A stretch of 36,587 nt of DNA from a virus (lineage: Duplodnaviria; Caudoviricetes), in the IMG/VR virus record IMGVR_UViG_3300017969_000045, positions 1-36,587 of that record. One strand, written 5' to 3'. Position 1 is the stretch's first letter, and each line of letters starts with the position of its first letter. Shown here piece after piece: positions 7,664 through 19,400 of this stretch. Under the pieces are notes generated by a model. That model worked only from the letters and a program-made list of their open reading frames with translations, was not told the origin of the DNA and did no database searches. The translations under genes and the position numbers were made by a program.

Positions 7664-9745
7664 TTAACCTAGTCCTGCATAAATTATGTAATTTATGGTC
7701 GTATACGGATTCATAATATTAATAGGTGCACCAACTGCACCGTCTGTTTCAATATTTCCACTATTTGATAATGCTTGACCTCCTCCTAAACCGTCAGCTC
7801 CTTTAGATTCGGGAGAATCATATCTTACTACCCCTGCATCATTTGATTCGCCAAATATATCTCTTATTGCATAAAATTGTGCTCCAGATGAACTAGATAA
7901 CGAGTGTTTATGCTCTGGTAAATTTCCTATTTCAATTAAAGCAGAAGCTGAACCACCTTTTGCTCCAACAGTGTCTGCTGCTAAATCATTTACAACATCT
8001 GCAGACGAGCCGCCCATATTATCTGCACCTAAAGGTACTCTACCTCTAAAATCAGGTAGGCCAAAGTTATCAGCACTAGATAACATAGATTGTGCTTTAT
8101 AAGAATAGCCAATTACTTCAAATAAAATGTAATATTTTGTTTTACTTATTTCTTGCCCAGCACATATTAACCATCCACTTGGAGCTATTTGCCCTGCAAA
8201 CGGAGCTAACATTCCTACAGGGATTGTCGGAACAGCTTGTAATATTGTTTGCCTACTGACTTTTTGTAAACCAGTATTTATACCTGAAATCCTGTTTATA
8301 AGAAATTCGTCATCTGCTTGCGTGGTATAGACTTGCGGCTTTGATGCTAAAAGTGTATTAGCAACTTCCACATTAAAAACTTTAGTTGTACCTCCAGTTT
8401 GTCCATCAAAAGAAACTTCGTTTGTGGTAAAAAAATCACCTTGTATTACAAAAGATGTCGGAGATGTTAATTTATCAGCAAACCCTGCCCTACCTGTAAC
8501 TGTACCATTTACATTTCCATTCAAATTTCCTGTGAATTCATTAGAATATATATGAGAAAACCGCAAATCTGTAGATCCTATATTCCTAACAGAATTTATA
8601 TCAGGTAAAATATTACCTCTTGATTCGATTGCTACATTATCAATTCCGTTGACAATAATTTTTTCGCCAACTTGCAAATTTTTTGCTATTCCTACACCAC
8701 CATTTACTACCAATGCTCCAGTATTTGCAGATGAAGTATTCGTTGTACCTTTTACATATAAATTTCCTTTATCAGTTAAACTAGAATCAGATCTTACACT
8801 TACATTTCCTACTACATCTAATGTTTCCTCAGGTGCAACTGTATTAATTCCAACTTTTAAATTTGAATCATATCTCACAATTGTTTTTAATCCACTTGCA
8901 GTCTTCACTTTAAAATCTAAACTAGACCCAGCTACATTATGCTGTATTAAACCAGCATTGCCTTCTACACCTACAATTAGTTCAGAATTAATACCGTACC
9001 TTATTCCTATATTATTTTGTACATTAATTGGATAGGTTGTTGTACTAGTAGTATCAGCCCTTAAAAAATTTTCTGCACTAACAAGCACATCATTTACAAT
9101 TAAATTTTTTGCTTTTTCTGCTGTGCCAATATAATTAGGTGATTGCCCACTAAATGCCGTTGTGCTTAAATTTAACCCAGGGTACAAAACAGAGAACCCA
9201 GGTATTTTATTTTTTGGTGTAAAATTAAATTTAGATACAATAGCAATAGGTTCCGCACTTACATCAATTCTTAATATATTATAATTTATATTATCTGTGC
9301 CTAAAATACTAACAGGTGATACACCTGTAGCTAATCCATCACTAAATTCTGGTCCAACAAGTATCCATCCGCTACCAGTATACAAATATAGTTGTTGATT
9401 TTTTATATCTGCCCAAAGATCTCCTATTAATGCTTGAGATGCATCAGGCTCTGTTTCGGATTTTTTTATACTGCTAGTCGGAACCCAATTTGCTCCATTA
9501 AAAACTTTTACTTGTTCGACATCAGGTGAGCTATCATACCATATTTGTCCTTCAACAGGATTAGAAGGTGCAGTATTTGCAGCAAAATTTTCAAGTAAAT
9601 GTAAAAAATTTTCTCCAATAGCACTACCGTACGATGTAACATTTCTACCTGGTATTTTCAAAGATGTTAAATCGTTAATTTCTCCATCTTCAACAGTGAT
9701 ATAACCTTTATTTGTTTGATCAGTATATGGTATTATATAACTCAT
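7664..9745 (-). CDS. Tail fibre protein with phage tail-collar domain (693 aa)
   Basis: Shared fibre N-terminus. Collar signature IPVGMLAPFAGQIAPSGWLICAGQEIS...LFEVIG...FGLPDFRGRVPLG, an HxH motif (LPEHKH) and terminal NPYTTINYIIY. Confidence 0.85.
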   Translation of the reverse strand: MSYIIPYTDQTNKGYITVEDGEINDLTSLKIPGRNVTSYGSAIGENFLHLLENFAANTAPSNPVEGQIWYDSSPDVEQVKVFNGANWVPTSSIKKSETEPDASQALIGDLWADIKNQQLYLYTGSGWILVGPEFSDGLATGVSPVSILGTDNINYNILRIDVSAEPIAIVSKFNFTPKNKIPGFSVLYPGLNLSTTAFSGQSPNYIGTAEKAKNLIVNDVLVSAENFLRADTTSTTTYPINVQNNIGIRYGINSELIVGVEGNAGLIQHNVAGSSLDFKVKTASGLKTIVRYDSNLKVGINTVAPEETLDVVGNVSVRSDSSLTDKGNLYVKGTTNTSSANTGALVVNGGVGIAKNLQVGEKIIVNGIDNVAIESRGNILPDINSVRNIGSTDLRFSHIYSNEFTGNLNGNVNGTVTGRAGFADKLTSPTSFVIQGDFFTTNEVSFDGQTGGTTKVFNVEVANTLLASKPQVYTTQADDEFLINRISGINTGLQKVSRQTILQAVPTIPVGMLAPFAGQIAPSGWLICAGQEISKTKYYILFEVIGYSYKAQSMLSSADNFGLPDFRGRVPLGADNMGGSSADVVNDLAADTVGAKGGSASALIEIGNLPEHKHSLSSSSGAQFYAIRDIFGESNDAGVVRYDSPESKGADGLGGGQALSNSGNIETDGAVGAPINIMNPYTTINYIIYAGLG

Positions 9746-9751
9746 TTATTA

Positions 9752-10366
9752 TTATCCTTCTACTAAACCAGATAAACTTTGTACTCTAATAGTATAATCT
9801 ATTTGTATCAATCTATTAAGACTCTTTTGCACTGGATGAAAAATTACATGAGTCAATAAATTACCTACTCCGCTATCACTCCACGCTCTTAATCCTAATT
9901 CATCAAATACATATAAATTATTAGAATCAGATGCTGTATCAAATGCGTCTTGTCCTGAAGGTTCATTATAATCTAATAAACAAGATATTATTACATCACT
10001 ATAATTTGTTCCACTTAAATGCCTAATTTCTATTTTATTTCTTAAAGGATCTAAATTATTAACACTATTGTCATCTACAACTTTACTATATGTTTTATTA
10101 TATAAGCTTGCATTTGTACCTGTTGTATTAGGTGTTAAATATGTAATTATTCCTGTAGGATCTACGATTGTTCCTCCATTACCAAAATCCATTTGGTATA
10201 TATATCCTTGTCCTGCGTTACTAAAACTTTCAGCCAATGCAATACTCATATTTTCATAATGAATAGCATTGTTCTTATCTATAAAAACATTTTTTGTGTT
10301 TGGATCGAAAATTTTAATATGTCCTGATATTAAAATTCCTGTATTTTCTTTTAACATATCTACCAT
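9752..10366 (-). CDS. Baseplate / fibre-attachment protein (204 aa)
   Basis: Sits between the giant wedge gene and the fibres. FGNGG...FDELGL...LLTHVIF is reminiscent of fibre-anchoring baseplate domains. Has its own late-promoter motif and AGGA SD. Confidence 0.55.
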   Translation of the reverse strand: MVDMLKENTGILISGHIKIFDPNTKNVFIDKNNAIHYENMSIALAESFSNAGQGYIYQMDFGNGGTIVDPTGIITYLTPNTTGTNASLYNKTYSKVVDDNSVNNLDPLRNKIEIRHLSGTNYSDVIISCLLDYNEPSGQDAFDTASDSNNLYVFDELGLRAWSDSGVGNLLTHVIFHPVQKSLNRLIQIDYTIRVQSLSGLVEG

Positions 10367-10383
10367 TTTTATTCCTGCTCATT

Positions 10384-10391
10384 TATTTATC
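10384..10391 (-). promoter_or_regulatory. T4-like late promoter (GATAAATA)
   Basis: Intergenic, 17 nt before the ATG at 10366. One mismatch to the T4 late consensus TATAAATA. Same motif and spacing as at 30260 and 35798. Confidence 0.7.
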
Positions 10392-10407
10392 TACATAAAG
10401 TAACTGA

Positions 10408-13400
10408 TTAAGATTGTAATATTTTAGAAATATCAGTATTACTTTGACTCAATGATTTCCCTAGTTCATTCCAACTTTTTCCTATTCTCCGTACAACAAT
10501 TACTCTTTCATTATCTCTTGGTGGTCTACTTAATGTCAACAAATTTTTGTTTGCATCTGATACCCAATTTTCTCCTGTATATACAAACTCGTTACCGCCT
10601 TGAATATATATATCTCCAATATTACTGTTAACAGGTATATCTGTATAATTTTTATTTAAAATTGGTATATGCATTTCTGCATCTATCCATCTATCTGCAA
10701 TAGAAGAATCAATTCCATTTGCATTATCATATATTTTTAAAGGATTTTTCCTTAATCTAACTCCTCCTAAAAATACTTCAAATTCATTAATACTTGTAGG
10801 CATAAAATCTAAAGAAAATATTTTTGTAGAACCGTCACCAACGAAAATTTGCGTTATTGATTCATCTACATATGGTAAAGTTTTTCTTGTTGATTGATCT
10901 AAAACTTCATCTCCTGCAAAATGTTTATTTTTTATTCCTGTACCTAATGTACCTCTACGAAGTTGTCGCAGCTCATTATCTACAACAGAAAAATACTCAA
11001 TTCTTTCATTATCAATAAAAATTATCCCAGGAAACTTTGCAGTAGGATTAGGTTTAGCCAATTTTGTTGCATCATCTACATGTATAACTCTATCATAATA
11101 ATATAAATCTTGACTTAAAAATGTTTTAGCATTAGTATCAATTAATTTATAATGATCTCTATTTAAATTATCCTTAAATTGTCTCCAGGCAATATCTTTT
11201 GTTAAATGTTGTTGTGAAAAATGAATTAAATCTATAAAATCATCATTTTTTAAAGAAACAGATAATCTTATTTCTTTATTGTTAGATAAAAGATAATAGT
11301 CGATTGCAGGAGTTAATAAATTGCCATTCAAAACAACCCATACATAATTTTCACTAAGTATTTCTTTTTCTAATAATATTATATTATTTCTTAATCTTCT
11401 ATATTCATAATAATCAAAAGTATTATTATCATAATTAATATCAGCATTTAATTGTTGTATCCTTAATACATCACCAGCTACAAAATTAATTCCTAAAACG
11501 TTTAAATCCAAACTTACTTGATTATTTCCAGTTATAGTTTGCAATAAAGCATTTGGATTATCTAATGAATTAGCCGCTCCAAAATTTGGATCATCTAATC
11601 TAACATTATTAAGGTAAACAGAATAATATTTTCCTATTTGCAAAGGCTCATCTAATACAATAACTGAAGACTGACCTAATACAAACTGGAAATTACCACT
11701 TAATGTACCAGCTCTTGTCAATGTATTTTCATATACATTATAAGTTTGCCTTATTATTCCTAAAGACTTATCATTGCTAAACTGGTAAACTGTAATTTTG
11801 TCACCATTAGTTATTTCATCAGTACTATTTGGATTAAAAAATAAATGTAAAATACCAGGTGTTTCTACATAAAAATTATCTTCATCATAATATCCATATC
11901 TATATTCTCCACCTAGTTTTGTCATTTCTTTTGTTGCAATGACGTATACTTCTAAAATGTCATTATGAGAACCTATTCCTTGATTTAAATTAATTGTACT
12001 TCCTATTTGATCGTATTCTGATACTGTTGGATCAAAACTATCAGAACTTACAAATTTCCAATGATCTCCATAAAAAATTTCATTTTCATTTAAATATACC
12101 TTTATGTGATTAGGTGCTAAACTACCTGCTGGAATTTGATATAATTTTAATCTATAATCTCTCTGTGCAGTAACAGTAAATTTTTCATAATATCCAGGGT
12201 TCAATATCCTGTCATTTACTTTTACTAATGTTCTCCATTCTGAAGGAATATCGTTAAACGGAGTTTGTATAAGTTTGTAAGATTCTATATCTTCGTCATA
12301 AATAAACTCATCAATTATTACTGAACTAAATTTATCTTCTTTGCCTGAAAATACTGCATATGAAATTTCAGTTCCGTCAGTAATAAAATCAATTAATTTA
12401 ATACCTAACATATTATATTCTGTTTGGTACAAACTATGAGCTATTTTATTTCCTCTTACTGCTACAATTGAATTATACTCACTTTCACTAAATTTAATTT
12501 TTGTAATAAATTCTATAGTTGATCCATCTGCAATAAAAGTACCTATATCTAAAACATCTATTCCTGATAATCCAATTGATAAAACAGATATTGTATTATT
12601 ATTACTAGGCGCATTCACAAATGTCAATTCATTTGTAGTCCTATCAATATTATAATCTACATATTGTTTTTTTATAGCACTACCTATTTTTACAAAAAGA
12701 CTTGTATCTAATATAGAATAATTTTCTAAAGGAAAATTAGTAGTACTTCCATCACCAATAAACACCATAGAATTTATTTTTCCTAAACCGCCTGTAGGTC
12801 TTTCATATACTTTTATATCTAATGAATCATTTATGTAACCTGGAATTAATTCTTCTGGACCTTTATTGCGTAAAGGTGTTACAAAATCATCACCATCTAT
12901 AATAATGTCTTCAGGCGCTATACCTTTTGCATTATCGTATAATAAATTACCACCTGATAAAACAGTATCATAATCTACATTTGTTGGTAAAAAACTACCA
13001 TCACTAGTTTGTTTTCGTAAAATAAAAATATCATTAAAACTTACATCTACACCATAATCGATGAAATTGATACTCGTTATTGTATTATCACCTATTATTG
13101 TATCCATTACTGCATTGGGATTATTAAACGTTCCAGTGCTAAAATATGGATCATCTAATCTTACTCCATTCTTATATAAGTTATAAGGCACATTATTTTC
13201 TAAAGATTGCGTAATATCAAAAACTATATATTCAATAACTCCTTCTGCCAATAATCCTTGTAAAGCCTCTGTAGACAAACTTTCAAAACGATTTAATATA
13301 TTTGTTTCAATATTATTTTTACTGAATTCAATATTGGCAAAATTCTTTATAGAATACAAATAAAAATGTCTCTGCGAAATAGCTAAATTTGCTTCGAAAT

Positions 13401-16400
13401 TAGGGTTTCCAGGTGTACCTATATCTGTAACTTCTCCAGAAATATTTAATATAGTGTCAACAGATCTAATCGGTACTGATAAGCCGACAGTATTCACACT
13501 AAATTGATTTATAAATACAGAGGTTGGTACATCATCAACTGTTACAAAACTATTTTCTACAATCGTTAACATTATTTCTGTAATTTTTGCCCAACTTACT
13601 CTAACCTTATAAGGTAAATTTGATAAATCTAAAATTGTACCTTTTACTGTAAATTTAATGTCATCATATGTACTATCATATGTATCATAATAACTAGTAA
13701 ACCAAGCATCACTATCCCAACCATTAGAATTTTCAAATTTAAAACTTTTTACTTCTACACCACCGTAATCTATTCCATCCATAAGCTGGCCTAGATCATT
13801 GCCTAACAGCCCTATTTTAGTTTCATAATAAGAATTTATTCTATCAACTGCATGCAATACACTAATATTCTTGACATAACTTATTTGTATTTCACTGTCT
13901 ATAGATGCAGGCTCTGTTAAAGTAATTTGACCTAAATACTTGGTATACGAACTATCTTCATTTTTTACATTTTCATATGTATATTCATCCTTTAATAACT
14001 GGCTACCATTTATTTTTACATTTACTAAACTCGTTTTATACTCGATAGGATAAGTTAGGTTAAAAATATATTTAGACCCTGTACCAGTAAAATTTTCTAT
14101 TACTTGTAAATTACTATTATCAACTTGACTACCTAATCTATCAAATTTTACATTTACCGATAATGATCGTTGTAGAGGTTTGTCTAACAACGCAATAATC
14201 TTTGCTTGTTTTCCGCCATCTTCATATTTTCCATCTACAATTACAGTTGGAGGATGTGTGTATCCTTTCCCCCCAACTATAATTTTAGCTGCTGTAATTT
14301 TTCCATCTAATCCAAGTGTTACACGACCAACTGCTCCACTTCCACTGCCACCTTCGAATACAATATTAGGAACATTACGATAATTTAAGCCTGGATCTAC
14401 TATAGCTAAACTTGTAATACTATAAGAATGTTCCTTGATCCAATTACTTATGTTTGGTAATAATTCTCCTTCAAAAAGATCAATTTGCCCATTTATATAA
14501 ACTAATCTCCAAGGCTCAATTTTACCTCGACGAAAATTATAAAACGGAGGCAAATCAAAATCAGATATACTCGAACTAATATTTTCTACTTTTTCATAAC
14601 TACTAATAAACTCCCGCAATTTTGTTTTATAAGGTTTAACTTCATTAAAATATTGTTGATAACTCGGTAAAGAATCATTATTAAATGTTATATCGTTTCT
14701 TAACTCGCCTACATTATGCTTGGCTTTTACAAAACTACTTTTAAAAACCCAATCTACATATTTTTGTTCAGATAATACATATTTTAAACTGGCAATTAAT
14801 AATTGATTAGTTTCAATTCCTAGTTCATTTATAAAAATTTTATTCAAAATAGTATTAATAATAATTCTAGTTTCTGCAACTGGTAAATTATCATAAAAAT
14901 CTGCATCAAAACTTGTAGTATCAAAACTTATAGTAGATGAACTGTAATCATACAACGACGGTAAAAATTTTAAAGTTCCATTTTGCTTACCAATTACTTT
15001 ATAATTTATAGTATAATCAACATTAGATTGGTTATCAATCTTAAGTAATAATAACCATCCTGTATCTCCGATATAATTAATCTTTACTATATCTCCAATA
15101 TTAATGTTTAAAAAATCTAATTGATAAGAATAATCTACTTGATGATTTACTGAGACTAAATTAGAATAACCTGGCAAATAATAATCTTTATATTCCCAAT
15201 ATAAATTTGTATTATAAGACTGACTTCTTATTCTTAACCAACTAAAATTAGATGTTCTTTCATACAAAGACCATTTTCCATTTATTGTATTATCAGAATT
15301 TACCAATACAGTATACGGTCTAACAAATAATCTTAGATTATCTGTATAATCTTTTCCTGCATAAATTACATTAGCTGATACTATAGATCCTAATTCATTT
15401 ATACCTATTTCTATTTCTGCTCCAGAACCCTGCCCAGATAATATATATGTAGGAGTTGTTACATAACCTCTACCTGGATTTTCTATAATTATGGTAATTA
15501 TTTTACCATCGACAACAATAGGCTTTAAGACTGCTTGTGTAATTTTAGACAATCCTAAATAATCCAAATCTAATAATGTGTCAACTGTAGTATCATATAA
15601 ATTTTCACTTAATAAGGGCGGCTGCTCGTATGCAGTCAAATCACTTATGTCTTTACCGAAAGTGATATACTTATCTGCAATTACATCATTTACTCGTTCA
15701 ATTAATTGCTTTAATGCTTCTTGTCTATTTACAAACCATCCTTGTCTTGGATGATTAAGCGTTCCATATCTATTTTTTTCGTCTAAGGTAAGATCTGGAA
15801 CTGACCTACCTTTTTTATCTGCTCCAACTAAACTGTCTATCCATTTATTTACTATTTCATGATTTGGCATACTATTTGCCAAACCGTCAGCTATTAATTT
15901 ATATTGATAATGACTATTTTGAGTTACATTATCTACATTCCAGTATTGTATACTTAATATTACATTTTTATCTTCTAATAGTTCTTTACAATTATATACA
16001 ACAAATGAATTATCTTGTAAAAAACCTACAAATCGATACATTTGCGACTGTGGATCTTGAATTAATAATGACGTATCTAATGCCGATAATGTTCTACCGT
16101 CAACAAAAGGAATATCCTGCTTATCCTTTACCCAATAATAATAATAAGTAGTATATGTTTGATACGATTGACTGTATTGTCTACGTTCACTATAATAATT
16201 ATCTCCGTATAATGTTGTTCCTGTAATGTTTAATGTCAAACCTTCATTCGTTCCGGTCAACTCGTCCCATTCTGAAGGTTTGAATCTTGATTTTACCCAT
16301 TCATAAACTTTTACAAAATTTGTTGAGAAAATTTTATTCCAATAGTTTGCAGCATATACTAAATCATTTAGATACGGATTATAAAATTTTGTGTCTCTCA

Positions 16401-19400
16401 AATCCCACCATAATTTTCCAACATTTTCTTCTGTCCAATAATTTGATTCATTTTCAAGAACACCATTTTTATGCGAATATACTGCAGGATCATAAAATAA
16501 TTTATATGATAAATTTTGCTCCGCTGTTCCTGCAATTTTTCCTTGTAACGGATCTATATAGTCTAAATATGTTAATAACTTTTTTGTCTTTTTATTATAC
16601 AAGAAAACTTTTTTTATCTTAGAAACATCAACAACATCTATAGATTTTCTTTTTTCAATATAAATATTGTCATCAACTTTATAATTAACTACAATTCCAG
16701 TATAACCTGTACTAGATTTAACTCTAGGTAATCCTACATATATATGGTTTCCTACTGTTAGTAAATTTCTTCCAAAATAGTAATTATTATTATAGCTAGT
16801 AGTAAGATCTTGAGCGTAAATAAAAGAATTATTAAATAGTTGATATACATAAACGCTACCACTATAGGCATTCTCATAAGCAAATTCTGTAAATCCATTA
16901 TCAAATAAAGTTTTATTTGAATCAAAAGTCGTTATTTTTTTGTTACTTGCGCTTCTAGCATTACAAACTAGATAATTCTGATCTAAACTAATTTTAAATC
17001 CAAATTGAGCTGATGTTACTTGATTAGGATTTTGTAATATTTGCTGTAACGTAAATAATCCATTACTTTGAATATACACATAAACAATTCCTACATCAAC
17101 TTTATCATTATTATCATAAAATGGATCAGAAACTACAATAATTGACCCATCTGTATTAATATCAATACTATGTCCAAATGATACACTATTTTTTGGTGCT
17201 GATAAATTCTGACTCCATTCATAATACCCTCCTCTATTCCTGTAGACGGCTACAACATTATCAATGTCATCATATGAAACTAAAACAGCAATAACTTCTC
17301 CAGCATCACTTAAAACAAACTCGCTTGCAAAATCGTATAAATTATCAGTTGGTATTAAATTTAATAACTCGTTATTTTCTTTATAAATCAATCCTTGATC
17401 ATTAGGTAATTCTCCTAAATAATCTATTAATGAATCGATTGGAATCCAATATAAATCATTAAAATCTCCAGGATCTAATGTTGTTGTAGCTTTATAAAAA
17501 GTATAATTATTATATTCATAATATACAACATCATTTGTTAAATATTCAGCATCAACAGAAAACGCTCCTCTATATTGCTTGTATCTACTATAATCCCAGT
17601 TATATGTAATATTACTTTCTACCCCATTTTTTAAGAAAAATAATTTTCCCGGATCAGCGTAAGTGGTATTATTCTTTGCACTAATAACAGCTTTATATAA
17701 AGATTCAAAATTTAATGATGTTTGAATTTTTGATCCAAAATATTGATTATCTTTTCGATCTGGAGATAATAAAGATTTGATGAGTGTATAATTTTTACCT
17801 ATTTTTTCATAAATGTACACTATTCCTTCATTAACAAATCCAGATGCAGTACCGGCATTTGAAGCTTGAATAGAAAACTTATTTGCCCATAAAAAGTTTT
17901 GTCTACTAGGAGGTAATGTTTCTCTTTGAATTCCTGATATGTTATCTGAAAAATGCATTATGTATTCATAATTCCTTATTTCATTAGCACTATCTTGATT
18001 TTTAGGAACAAGTATATCATACCCATAGTCAAAAACAACAAGCTTTCCAATATCTTTATCTGGTTTACCTAAGCTTGTAAATAATATATCTCCAATTACA
18101 ATCCAGTTATTATCATTACCGGTATTATTATATATCCCTGTCCTACCATAAGCATCATACCCTACATCTTCTGCTAAAGGATATGGATCCATAGCAATTT
18201 GTCCATTGTTTTGATAATTCCTACCTAATCGCCACGATCCATTAAGATTTTTTACAAATAATGTGACAATATTAGCATTACGCTCATAAAATACAACTTC
18301 TGCATATCCTCCTGCTTGCGGATCTCTTACAATTTGACCGGTTTCTACTGCCTCTCTTGGATAACCTGCTGCTTCAGCAGCATCTCCTGATATAGATCCT
18401 GCTGCAACTGGTTCTAGATAATTGTCTTGAATTGTTGTTGTACTTTGATATACAATGTATCCATCCCATAAATCATGTACAATTTGATCCTTATTTATTT
18501 TATTATATGACAACCCTAGCACACTTTCTAAATCTAGTAGCTCATTATCATCCGGTTGTTTTACAGGTCTAACTCCTAATTCTCCTGTATCTGTTGCAAA
18601 CAACAACTCATTAGGATCAAACTCTCCTTCTACAAACTGGACTTCTATTGTTGTAGTTGTCGTAGGTAATAAATCTGCAAGAGGCAATGTTCCCGATGCA
18701 TTTACTAACTCATTTTCAAATCCATTAAATGTTGAAAATACTACTGCCGAAGCGCCTGATAAACTTTGGTAAATTTTTTCGCCTGCTTGAATGAAACTTA
18801 TAGGCCTTGCTAATTCAAGTATTCTCACAGTTTTTTGCAAATCATTTACATACAGTCCAACTTTAGAACCTGCAAAAATTTTATCTGTAAATGTTTTTGT
18901 TCCTCTTACAACAAAATATCTGGATAAAAAATCTCCAGATACACTGCCTGGTCCAGGAGATCCAGTATAAGATAATCTACGTAAATAACTTGCTTCTGCA
19001 TTTTGACCTAAATTTTCTGCAGTTACTATAGTGTCAGGTACAATATAGTCTAAACTTGTAAATGATGGTCTTTCTTTAAAAGTATCAGTAGCAGCATTTA
19101 CATTTTTTACAGCTAAACCTCTACCAGTATCTTTTGTTATGTTACCTACATTATATGATTGTGCAGTTCCTAGAGCGAGATAACCACTAAAAACAGCCGC
19201 AACTTCCTCATTGGTCTCAGTAGGTAAAACTAATTCATATTGTCCAACAAATGCCGTTTCATTAATAAACAAACTGTCTTGTGCTTTAAAAGACCCATTC
19301 GTGTTTGTTACATATATTGTTATTGCACCTGTACCTTCTAATATACCATTAATAAAAATTGGTTTTTCATATACATAACTAACAACTGCTTCTACATTTT

